36,303 bases of DNA from a virus: UHGV virus genome UHGV-1321070; one strand, written 5' to 3'. The first letter of the stretch is position 1; each line of letters opens with the position of its first letter. Both the position numbers and the translations under genes were made by a program. Below, one piece after another: positions 8,997 through 17,290 of this stretch. Under the pieces are notes generated by a model. It made no database searches. It was given only the letters and a program-made list of their open reading frames with translations, and was not told the DNA's origin.

Positions 8997-9979
8997 GTAA
9001 AGAGAAGCAAACAGTTAACGGGGATGTGGGTAACGTTGTCAGCGGTGATGTTACCATTCATAACTATTCTGCTGACATACTTCCTTCGGCCCAGCAACCA
9101 ATTTCGTTGCTGCAAAAACGCGATTTACACAGATTGATGGATGAATTGGTTGATCTGGGGGAAAGTAAGCGCGAGCTATGGATGACGATCCACACGAAAC
9201 TTAATACCAAAACAGTTAATGAAATGACTGCGGCTGATTATCATGGTGCGGTTGAGATCCTTCAGAGATATGCACAACAGATCCAGAATATGAAGGACTG
9301 TAATCTTCTGGTCAGCAAAATAATGGCGCTTACTGACCCTGGGTATCGTCTTGACCGTGACAGATACTGTCTGAAGCATTTCGGTACAACCCATCTTAAA
9401 GGCCTAGACAAAGAGCAGTTGCAGGCTGTGTTTGGTTATTTTGATGATCTGCTGAATATTCGTGATGAGAGTAAAACTCTATCACCTCCATCGGAAAGCG
9501 GTGCAAAATCAGTCGCAACTGTACCAACCAGAAGCCGGAAGCCTCATGTAGTAGTGTTGGGGGGAGTGTTAGTTCTTGTAGCAATATTTTTCGTGGGAAT
9601 GATTGTGTTCGCTGGTAAATGGGGAAATGCCAAAGCAGTAGCTTCTACTGAAACCAGCGTTTTTAACATTAAAACCAACGATAAAATAATAGAAGATTCC
9701 ATCCCCGCACTGCGCAGCATGTTTCCAGGGTTAAATAAGTACTCAGATGATTTCCATTCGGTTTCAAGCTACAAGCAAAAAACGGGCTGGCATACCCTTA
9801 AATTTACTGTATCAGCAAAGGCATCCGTCCCCGAAAATTATAGTGTTAAGGGCAAGGTTTGTTACATTAACATAAGCCCTGATGGTAGTTATGCTCGGGT
9901 TTTGACTGCTCCATGTCGTTCACTGCTACTTGATCAGCAAAGCACTCCTGACAGTAAATACCGTTTTATTCTTAAATAG
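8993..9979 (+). CDS. Single-pass membrane protein of unknown function (328 aa), translationally coupled to the repressor
   Basis: Start ATG overlaps the repressor stop (ATGA). One TM helix (VVVLGGVLVLVAIFFVGMIVFAG) separates a ~185-aa N-terminal domain from a ~120-aa C-terminal domain; visibly AT-richer than the backbone. Confidence 0.55.
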   Translation: MSKEKQTVNGDVGNVVSGDVTIHNYSADILPSAQQPISLLQKRDLHRLMDELVDLGESKRELWMTIHTKLNTKTVNEMTAADYHGAVEILQRYAQQIQNMKDCNLLVSKIMALTDPGYRLDRDRYCLKHFGTTHLKGLDKEQLQAVFGYFDDLLNIRDESKTLSPPSESGAKSVATVPTRSRKPHVVVLGGVLVLVAIFFVGMIVFAGKWGNAKAVASTETSVFNIKTNDKIIEDSIPALRSMFPGLNKYSDDFHSVSSYKQKTGWHTLKFTVSAKASVPENYSVKGKVCYINISPDGSYARVLTAPCRSLLLDQQSTPDSKYRFILK

Positions 9980-10060
9980 AAAATAACAGCTGAATTACCA
10001 TGGGATCAGAAAAAAGACAAAGGCGGCATCATGCTGCGTTCTGAAATTTTAATGTAAAAG

Positions 10061-10651
10061 GTGATGAACATGGCAGGGATTCAGGTTATCGCAGGAAGTT
10101 TTCCTAAAGGGTGGGCAAGCATGGGGTTCGGTACCATCGTGTTTGCCAAAAAACCAAAACAAGGCTTTCCTGAAAATATTGTATTAAATCTGAAAGAAGA
10201 GCTTTTATCGATTGAACTTGCGGATAGTGAAGAGGAAAGCCGTATAGGTAAGGCGGCAGGCGCAGGTTTGCTTGGTGGATTAATCTTTGGTGGTGCAGGG
10301 TTGGTCATTGGAGGTTTGCTTGGTGCGGCGGACAAGACGAAAAAAACTATCACTTTTAAGGCAATGTTTACGGGAAATAGGTTACTTCTGGCTAAAACAG
10401 ATTCAAAAACTTTTGTAAAACTTCAGTCAATTGCTGCTGATAATGCCCATAACGCATCTGTAATCAACATGAAGCAAACTAACAGGGGCGATGTTTCTTC
10501 TCGTAAACAACTAACAGAAAATCCACAGCAGCAAGACTTACCTGCGCCCGCTACAACAGTAAAAATGACTGCCAAAGATAAGTTAGAATCGGCTCTTGGG
10601 CTGGGAATCATCGTTATAGCTGTTTGGGCAATAATACACTTCTTTTTTTAG
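10061..10651 (+). CDS. Glycine-zipper membrane protein of unknown function (196 aa)
   Basis: GKAAGAGLLGGLIFGGAGLVIGGLLGAA glycine-zipper segment plus a C-terminal TM anchor (LGLGIIVIAVWAIIHFFF); same strand as the repressor; followed by a terminator. Confidence 0.5.
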   Translation: MMNMAGIQVIAGSFPKGWASMGFGTIVFAKKPKQGFPENIVLNLKEELLSIELADSEEESRIGKAAGAGLLGGLIFGGAGLVIGGLLGAADKTKKTITFKAMFTGNRLLLAKTDSKTFVKLQSIAADNAHNASVINMKQTNRGDVSSRKQLTENPQQQDLPAPATTVKMTAKDKLESALGLGIIVIAVWAIIHFFF

Positions 10652-10653
10652 TG

Positions 10654-10678
10654 CAGCCCTTCAGGGCTGTTTCTGTTC
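10654..10678 (+). terminator. Rho-independent terminator-like hairpin between convergent genes
   Basis: CAGCCC-TTCA-GGGCTG stem-loop followed by TTTCTGTT; sits 3 nt after the TAG of the 196-aa gene and just past the stop of the convergent P-loop gene. Confidence 0.55.
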
Positions 10679-10688
10679 AGGAGGTATC

Positions 10689-11165
10689 TTAAGGATTATC
10701 CGGGGCGTTTTCCTGTTTGCCGTACTTCGGAGACGAACAACATTCTGTTGGCTGACCGGTGAGTTTACGTAACTCCTTCATGAGCAGCTCCTGATCGTAA
10801 ACTGTCATCAGTGCCGCAATGGTGGCATGCAGTGCATCGGGCAGTATCCAGGGTTGCCGGCCCGTGGGGCATATAACATCCAGCAGCTCATTCGTCCGAC
10901 AGATACGCTCCTCGCCGTATGACAACAGGCCCTGTCCCGTGTATTCCTCCAGCCTGATCACTGTGCCACCCCGTGGCTTCTGCCAGGTCGTCAGATCTTC
11001 GCCATTCATACGGCGCTCATTCTCCACGTCAGCAGCATCGACAATGACGCTGTTTCCGAGTTCCTGTTTCACCATCTCTTCTATCCGCGCCAGTACGTAA
11101 CTTTTACCGCTGCCCACAGGACCGGACACAGTGACAGTGATGACCGGATTCAGTGTGTGCGTCAT
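10689..11165 (-). CDS. Small P-loop NTPase of unknown function (158 aa)
   Basis: Walker A GPVGSGKS near the N-terminus and an acidic stretch (VIVDAADVE) that could be Walker B; convergent with the two preceding genes, divergent from the lysis operon. Confidence 0.5.
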   Translation of the reverse strand: MTHTLNPVITVTVSGPVGSGKSYVLARIEEMVKQELGNSVIVDAADVENERRMNGEDLTTWQKPRGGTVIRLEEYTGQGLLSYGEERICRTNELLDVICPTGRQPWILPDALHATIAALMTVYDQELLMKELRKLTGQPTECCSSPKYGKQENAPDNP

Positions 11166-11223
11166 ATCGTATTCTCCTCTGTGAATAATTCATCGTTTAT
11201 CCTGCACATCCCGTATCCCCGGC

Positions 11224-11246
11224 TCTCTTAACGCGCTTTAAAATCC
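11224..11246 (+). promoter_or_regulatory. Conserved late-promoter motif, copy 1 (upstream of lysis operon)
   Basis: CTCTCTTAACGCGCTTTAAAATC, matching the consensus CTYCTTAA-N4-CTTTAAWATC also found at 24608 and 30698; about 50 bp upstream of the 11296 start. Confidence 0.5.
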
Positions 11247-11295
11247 TTCGCGCCCTGTATTTGTGATGCTGTCTCCACCAGATAAGGAGACACAC

Positions 11296-11646
11296 ATGAA
11301 AAACCTGAAAAAATTCATTCCCCCTGTTAAAAAACCTCGCCTCAGCGGCTGGCTGCTGACCTCAGTGCTGTTGCTGGGCACCATCGCTCTGGTCTCACCA
11401 CAGCAGCTGCCTGTTGTGATCTACAAGCTGGCACTCATCACGCTGGCAGCAGTGCTGGGTTACTGGCTTGACCGTTCGCTCTTCCCCAAAGCCCGTCCCG
11501 GTCAGTACCTGAAACATGACGACAGGCTGATGGCTGAAGGGCGTTTCCCGGTACAGACCGGCCTTCACCTGGTGTTTTCTGCTGCGTTAATCCGCCGTGC
11601 ACTGATTGTTGCAGCGGTCTGCCTGGCTGTTGCGATGGGGCTTTAA
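11296..11646 (+). CDS. Putative holin / lysis membrane protein
   Basis: Start moved to the ATG preceded by AAGGAGA; about 116 aa with three hydrophobic helices; immediately precedes the endolysin. Confidence 0.45.
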   Translation: MKNLKKFIPPVKKPRLSGWLLTSVLLLGTIALVSPQQLPVVIYKLALITLAAVLGYWLDRSLFPKARPGQYLKHDDRLMAEGRFPVQTGLHLVFSAALIRRALIVAAVCLAVAMGL

Positions 11647-11648
11647 TC

Positions 11649-12389
11649 ATGAACTGGCCGCAGATCACCTGGATTGTATGCATGTCCCTGAAACTGGCTT
11701 TCGAAGCCTTTCGGGTCTTCATCAGAACCGAACGCCTGTCAGTCCGCGCCGGGACCTTTCTGGTTCATATGGCATGGGTATTCTTTGTCGCAATGTTGCT
11801 CTGGTGTGGCGGCTTTTTTAGCCAGGCATGCGCAGCACAACCTCCGCAGGCTGCGCTGCAGTATCGCGATGATGTGATCCGTAATGCCCGGCTTGAATGG
11901 GGACTGTCTGCGCCGGTGGCCGATTTCGCCGCGCAACTGCATCAGGAAAGCGGCTGGCGACCTGATGCGATCTCGCCGGCTGGCGCTCAGGGACTGGCGC
12001 AGTTCATGCCTGCCACTGCCGACTGGATAAGCCAGTTGATACCGATGCTGAGCAGTCGTGAGCCGTTTAATCCGGCATGGGCTATCCGGGCGCTGGTCAG
12101 CTATGACCGCTGGCTGTGGCAGCGTGTCAGCGCCGCCAGTGACTGCGAGCGTATGGCCATGACACTGTCGGGCTATAACGGTGGTCTGGGCTGGGTACAA
12201 CGGGACAGGCGGCTTGCATCACAGAAAGGTCTGGACAGCACCCGCTGGTTCGGACATGTCGCCACGGTGAATGCCGGACGCAATGCGGCCAGCTGGCGGG
12301 AGAACCGCCATTATCCGCAGCGCATCCTGCGCGAACTGGCACCGCGATATCTCACATGGGGAGGCAGCAGTTGTGTGGCATCTGGTTAA
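11649..12389 (+). CDS. Endolysin, lytic transglycosylase (SLT domain)
   Basis: SLT catalytic region LHQESGWRPDAISPAGAQGLAQFMPATADW with the conserved E-S and AQGL.Q motifs; N-terminal hydrophobic segment. Confidence 0.75.
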   Translation: MNWPQITWIVCMSLKLAFEAFRVFIRTERLSVRAGTFLVHMAWVFFVAMLLWCGGFFSQACAAQPPQAALQYRDDVIRNARLEWGLSAPVADFAAQLHQESGWRPDAISPAGAQGLAQFMPATADWISQLIPMLSSREPFNPAWAIRALVSYDRWLWQRVSAASDCERMAMTLSGYNGGLGWVQRDRRLASQKGLDSTRWFGHVATVNAGRNAASWRENRHYPQRILRELAPRYLTWGGSSCVASG

Positions 12390-13023
12390 AAAGCTGCCGT
12401 GGCGCGGCATTCTGCTGGCCATTCTTATCAATGCCTTTCTGGTCGGCCTGTATGCCATGGGATACAGAAGTGGTCATGACTCTGCAAAGCGTGACGGTGA
12501 TACCGCGCTCAGTCAGTTGCAGTCAGCATTTGACGCGTACAAAACGGAGCAGGCAACGCTTGAGAATGCTGCGCTGCGGACCTGGGCCAGACGGTATCAG
12601 GAGCAGGTGGCCGCCGGGCAGCGGGCTGAAGCCAGTTATCTTGAGCAGATTGCTCAACTGGAGAGCCGGAATAAACAACTACAGGGGCAAATTAACGATG
12701 TCACACAGCGCTGGATTGATGAAAAAGGTAAGAGCCATCCCATTGAGTGCGTGTTTACTCGCGGTTTCGTGCGCCAGTACAACGCCGCACTCGGATATGA
12801 CAACGCATCCGTCGACACCGGTCATTCAGACTCAGTTGCCGCCGCTGGCACCCGCTCTGGCACAGCGACCGGGCAACCTGAAACCACTGACACCCGGTTA
12901 CGCGATTCGGGTGTCTCCCAGCGTGACGTTCTCGCCAACATCATCGACAACGCAGGACAATGTCGTCGCTGGCGGAACCAGATAAACGCGTTACTGGATG
13001 AACGGGAAGGATTACAGAAATGA
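12373..13023 (+). CDS. Rz-like inner-membrane spanin (i-spanin)
   Basis: GTG start after a GGGAGG RBS; N-terminal TM (WRGILLAILINAFLVGLYAMGY) followed by a long coiled-coil-like region; contains the embedded Rz1 frame. Confidence 0.55.
   Translation: MWHLVKKLPWRGILLAILINAFLVGLYAMGYRSGHDSAKRDGDTALSQLQSAFDAYKTEQATLENAALRTWARRYQEQVAAGQRAEASYLEQIAQLESRNKQLQGQINDVTQRWIDEKGKSHPIECVFTRGFVRQYNAALGYDNASVDTGHSDSVAAAGTRSGTATGQPETTDTRLRDSGVSQRDVLANIIDNAGQCRRWRNQINALLDEREGLQK
12719..12985 (+). CDS. Rz1-like outer-membrane lipoprotein spanin (o-spanin), embedded in +1 frame of Rz
   Basis: MKKVRAIPLSACLLAVSC lipoprotein signal with lipobox LAVSC, followed by a Pro-rich periplasmic segment; fully nested inside the Rz-like ORF. 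Confidence 0.6.
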   Translation: MKKVRAIPLSACLLAVSCASTTPHSDMTTHPSTPVIQTQLPPLAPALAQRPGNLKPLTPGYAIRVSPSVTFSPTSSTTQDNVVAGGTR

Positions 13024-13346
13024 CACTGCAGGTTGAATTCTGGACGGTGGTGAGTTTTCTGCTCACCTTCATGGGGTTTGTGGGAGGGCTCGCCAAATGG
13101 TTGTTCAGTAAAACAGAAGAACGCCAGGCGGCACGATTCGCCTCCCTTGAACAGGCCCTGCAACAATCCGCCTCCAACTGGGGCGAGCTGGAAAAAGAAT
13201 TTATGCGATTTAAAGCGGATTTACCGCTGAATTATGTCCGTCGAGAGGATTATATCCGTGGCCAGACAGTCATTGAGGCCAAACTGGACGCGCTTTATAA
13301 CAAACTGGAAGTGGTACAGCAGTACCGCAATACCGGAGGTCAATAA
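13020..13346 (+). CDS. Small membrane protein (108 aa), possible lysis accessory
   Basis: N-terminal TM helix (FWTVVSFLLTFMGFVGGLAKWLF) then a helical soluble region; start overlaps the Rz stop. Confidence 0.4.
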   Translation: MTLQVEFWTVVSFLLTFMGFVGGLAKWLFSKTEERQAARFASLEQALQQSASNWGELEKEFMRFKADLPLNYVRREDYIRGQTVIEAKLDALYNKLEVVQQYRNTGGQ

Positions 13347-13657
13347 TGGTCGATATTACCCGGGTACGCCGCGAATCCCTGCGCTGGAGTCTGCTGGTTG
13401 CCCTGAACAAGACCCGCCCTTACACCGCCAGCGAGACGCTGCTGCTGGATGTGTCCCGTGCCATCTACCCGGACACCACACCGCTGGAACTGCGCCGCGA
13501 ACTGGATTATCTGGCTGACCGTAAAATGGTTGATCTGGAGAAAAAACCTTCTGGCGACTGGTTTGCTGACCTGACCCGCCTCGGCGTAGACCTGGTGGAA
13601 TACACCGTGGAATGTGGTCCGGGTATTGCCCGCCCGGAAAAGTACTGGAGTGAATAA
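13346..13657 (+). CDS. Hypothetical protein (103 aa)
   Basis: Compact ORF translationally coupled to its neighbours in the late operon. Confidence 0.4.
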   Translation: MVDITRVRRESLRWSLLVALNKTRPYTASETLLLDVSRAIYPDTTPLELRRELDYLADRKMVDLEKKPSGDWFADLTRLGVDLVEYTVECGPGIARPEKYWSE

Positions 13658-14202
13658 TGGCCAGACGCAGCACAATAGAAAAGCTGCCGGAAGATGTGCG
13701 CCGCTGGCTTGAACGGGCGCTGACTGAATCCGGCTTCAGCGGGTATAACGAGCTGGAGTCCCTGCTGCGTGAGCGGGGGTACGTCATCAGCAAATCCGCT
13801 ATCCATCGCTATGGACAGAAGATTGAGCGCCGCTATGGTGCTATCCGTGCGGCAACAGAAGCGGCCCGCATGCTGACCGAAGGCGCAGCAGACGATCAGG
13901 ATGCGCGTTCGGAGGCTGTGATAGCCCTTATTCAGACCGAGCTGTTCGAGAGTATTGTCCAGTTGCAGGAGGCGGAAGAAGGCGAAGTCGATCCTAAAGA
14001 ACGCGTGGCCCTGCTGTCGAAGGTGGCGAAGAATGTGGCTACGCTGTCCCGCGCGTCCGTCAACCTCAAAAAGTTCCAGTCTGAAGTACGGGCCAGAGCG
14101 CAGCAGGCAGCCAGCAACGCCGAGAAAATTGCCCGTAAGGGGGGACTGTCAAGCGACGCAGTACAGGCGCTTCGTCGCGAGATTCTGGGGATTGCCACAT
14201 GA
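13657..14202 (+). CDS. Mu gp27-like protein (putative small terminase subunit)
   Basis: 181 aa, N-terminal HTH-like region, immediately upstream of the large terminase; position and size match Mu gp27. Confidence 0.55.
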   Translation: MARRSTIEKLPEDVRRWLERALTESGFSGYNELESLLRERGYVISKSAIHRYGQKIERRYGAIRAATEAARMLTEGAADDQDARSEAVIALIQTELFESIVQLQEAEEGEVDPKERVALLSKVAKNVATLSRASVNLKKFQSEVRARAQQAASNAEKIARKGGLSSDAVQALRREILGIAT

Positions 14203-15794
14203 CAAAATCATCCGGAGTGATTTTAAACGCCGCTGGCGGTGGCCCCGAAGGGATGAGTCCCATGGACGGGAGGAATAACCTTGCTCCCGTTTTGCCTGAT
14301 ACCTCGGCGCTGGATGCTCCTCCCGTTCTGTTGCCTTACCAGCAGCGCTGGGTGGCAGACACCTCTCCGCTTAAGGTGATAGAAAAGAGCCGTCGTACCG
14401 GTATTACATGGGCTGAGGCATCCGATAACGTACTGACCGCCGCCTCTTCTGCGCCAGCAGGCGGGATGAATGTGTATTACATCGCTTATAACCAGGACAT
14501 GACCGTCGAATACATTCAGGCGTGTGCGATGTGGGCACGGGCATTCAACTATGCGGCCAGTGAAATTGAAGAAGGATTCTGGGAAGAGGACGACGACGAC
14601 AAACACATCAGGACTTACACCATCAAATTTCCTGACTCCGGCTTTCGTATTGTTGCGCTCTCCAGCCGCCCGTCTAACCTGCGTGGCCGTCAGGGTATTA
14701 TTGTTATCGACGAAGCGGCGTTCCATGAGCAACTGGACGAACTGCTGAAAGCGGCGCTGGCGATGCTTATCTGGGGGGGAAAGGTACGCGTTATCTCCAC
14801 CCATAACGGTGACGACAATCCGTTCAATACGCTTATCGGGGATATCCGTGCCGGACGTCAGGGAGGCAGCATACATCGCATCACTTTCCGGGAAGCCGTA
14901 TCTGAGGGGCTGTTCCGGCGCGTCTGTCTGCGCACCGGGAAGGAATGGTCGGAGGCATCCGAGCAGGCCTGGATGGCATCGGTGTACAAATTCTACGGTG
15001 CCGGCGCATCCGAAGAGCTTGACTGTATTCCGGCCAACGGTGGCGGTGCCTGGCTGTCCCGTGCCCTGATAGAGTCCCGCATGTCCGCTGATACGCCGGT
15101 ATTGCGTCTGACCTGCAAGGAAGGTTATGAACTGCTGTCTGATGAGGTTCGCTTCCGCGAGACGCAGGACTGGCTTGATGAGTATCTGAAACCCTTGCTG
15201 GAGGCACTCCCCACTGATGCCCGCTCTTTCCTGGGGCGCGACTTTGGCCGTAGCGGTGATTTGTCGGTGGACTATCCCCTGCTGCAGGAGAAGAACCTGG
15301 TACGACGCGTGCCATTCGTACTGGAGCTGCGTAACGTGCCGTTCAGACAGCAGGAGCAAATCACCTGGTATCTGATGGATGGCCTGCCCGGTCTGCTGGG
15401 TGCAGCGTTTGATGCCCGTGGTAATGGTGCCTATCTGGCTGAATACGCCATGCAGCGCTACGGCTCCAGCCGGGTTCAGCAGGTGATGCCAACCGAAGGC
15501 TGGTACCGGGAGCATATGCCTCCGGTCAAAGCTGCACTGGAAGACGGTAACCTGGTGGACTTACCAAAGGATGAAGACACACTGGATGACCTGCGGGCCG
15601 TTCAGGTGGTGAACGGTGTCCCCCGCGTACCGGAGCAACGCTCAAAAGCAAAGGCTGACGGTGGTAAACGCCACGGGGATTCAGCCATCGCACTGGCGCT
15701 GGCGTATTTCGCCAGCCGTGAAATTAACAAAGGGCCGGTGAAGGCAAGCTCACGCCGTCGTCGTCAGGCGGCCCGTATGCTGGAGGGATTCTGA
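14199..15794 (+). CDS. Terminase large subunit (Mu gp28-like)
   Basis: 531 aa; ATPase-like motifs (IIVIDEAAF), position before portal; start overlaps the previous stop. Confidence 0.75.
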   Translation: MTKSSGVILNAAGGGPEGMSPMDGRNNLAPVLPDTSALDAPPVLLPYQQRWVADTSPLKVIEKSRRTGITWAEASDNVLTAASSAPAGGMNVYYIAYNQDMTVEYIQACAMWARAFNYAASEIEEGFWEEDDDDKHIRTYTIKFPDSGFRIVALSSRPSNLRGRQGIIVIDEAAFHEQLDELLKAALAMLIWGGKVRVISTHNGDDNPFNTLIGDIRAGRQGGSIHRITFREAVSEGLFRRVCLRTGKEWSEASEQAWMASVYKFYGAGASEELDCIPANGGGAWLSRALIESRMSADTPVLRLTCKEGYELLSDEVRFRETQDWLDEYLKPLLEALPTDARSFLGRDFGRSGDLSVDYPLLQEKNLVRRVPFVLELRNVPFRQQEQITWYLMDGLPGLLGAAFDARGNGAYLAEYAMQRYGSSRVQQVMPTEGWYREHMPPVKAALEDGNLVDLPKDEDTLDDLRAVQVVNGVPRVPEQRSKAKADGGKRHGDSAIALALAYFASREINKGPVKASSRRRRQAARMLEGF

Positions 15795-17290
15795 TGGCGA
15801 GGGGTATCTGGGTTTCACCCGATGAATTTGTTGCTTTTTCTGAGCCTCAGAAATCACTGACCGCGCAGATTGCCTCCCGCAGCCGCGCGATCGACTTTTA
15901 CGGACTGGGCATGTATCTGCCCAATCCTGATCCCATTCTCAAGGCTCAGGGACGGGATATCCGTATCTACCGCGAACTGCGCACCGACCCGCTGGTCGGG
16001 GGCTGTATCCGCAGACGTAAAGCAGCGCTTAAATCGCTGGAGCGTGGACTGGAGCGTGGTCACGCCTCTGCCCGGGTCTTCCGTTTCATCCGCGACATGC
16101 TCGACGATCTGGATCTGTCCCGCATCATCGGTGAAATGAGCGATGCCGTGCTCTACGGGTATCAGCCCTGTGAAATCATGTGGGGCCGTTCGGTCAGGTC
16201 GTGGGCGGTGACGGATATTGTCGGCAAACCGCCTGAGTGGTTTCAGTTTGATACGGACAACTGCCTGCGCTTCCGGGCGCGTGATGCGGGTGTGGAGGGT
16301 GAGCTGCTGTCACCGTCAAAATTCGTGGTGCCGGCACAGGATGCCTCGTATGACAATCCTTACGGTTTCCCGGACCTGTCCATGTGCTTCTGGCCGGTCG
16401 CCTTCAAGAAAGGCGGGATGAAATTCTGGCTCCGCTTTGCCGAAAAGTTTGGCTCCCCGTGGGTGATCGGTAAGCACCCGAGGGGCGCAAATGATGCAGA
16501 GATTGAAAAACTGCTGGACTCCATGGAGCAGATGGTGGAGGACGCGGTGGCCGCCATCCCCGATGACAGCAGTATTGAGCTCAGGGCAGCGGATGGCAAG
16601 GCAGACAGCAGCGAGGTATTTCGCGAGCTGATCACACTGTCACGCAGTGAGATCTCCATTGCATTACTTGGTCAGAATCAGACCACGGAAGCGAACAGTA
16701 ACAAGGCCTCTGCACAGGCCGGGCTGGAGGTAACGGCTGATATCCGCGATGCGGATGCGGACATCATTCAGGCAGCAGTGAATCAGGTTATCAGAACGGT
16801 GGTCACCCTGAACTTCGGCGATGTGCCGTGTCCGGTCTGGGCCATGTGGGAACAGGAGACCATTGATGACACCCGCGCCACCCGCGACGAAAAACTCACC
16901 CGGGCGGGTCTGCGTCTGACCCCGCAATACTTTAAGCGTGAGTACCAACTGCAGGACGGCGATATTGACGAGACATCACCGTCGGAACGCCAGAATAACA
17001 TGCTGCCGCTGTCATTTGCCGAGGCGATTGATGCCGATATTCAGGCTCAGCAGCAGCTTGACGACGCGCTGGACATTCTGATGAACGGAGGTGTGTTAAA
17101 TGGCACGCTGGAACCCGTCCTGGCACCTCTGTTTAAGCGGGTCGAAAACGGGGTTAACCCGACTGAGCTGCTGGGCGAACTGGCGGAGCTCTACCCTCAG
17201 ATGAACACGGACGATCTGCAGGAACGGCTGGCCCGTATTCTCTTTGTGGCAAATATCCGGGGACGTCTGCATGAGCGTGACAACGGCTGA
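15794..17290 (+). CDS. Portal protein (Mu gp29-like, DUF935)
   Basis: 498 aa, follows the terminase with overlapping TGATGG junction; size and position typical of Mu-type portal. Confidence 0.75.
   Translation: MARGIWVSPDEFVAFSEPQKSLTAQIASRSRAIDFYGLGMYLPNPDPILKAQGRDIRIYRELRTDPLVGGCIRRRKAALKSLERGLERGHASARVFRFIRDMLDDLDLSRIIGEMSDAVLYGYQPCEIMWGRSVRSWAVTDIVGKPPEWFQFDTDNCLRFRARDAGVEGELLSPSKFVVPAQDASYDNPYGFPDLSMCFWPVAFKKGGMKFWLRFAEKFGSPWVIGKHPRGANDAEIEKLLDSMEQMVEDAVAAIPDDSSIELRAADGKADSSEVFRELITLSRSEISIALLGQNQTTEANSNKASAQAGLEVTADIRDADADIIQAAVNQVIRTVVTLNFGDVPCPVWAMWEQETIDDTRATRDEKLTRAGLRLTPQYFKREYQLQDGDIDETSPSERQNNMLPLSFAEAIDADIQAQQQLDDALDILMNGGVLNGTLEPVLAPLFKRVENGVNPTELLGELAELYPQMNTDDLQERLARILFVANIRGRLHERDNG

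Noticed and set aside
14223-15515. 430-aa minus-strand ORF
   Set aside because: Entirely antisense to the large terminase gene, which has clear motifs and operon context; shadow ORF.
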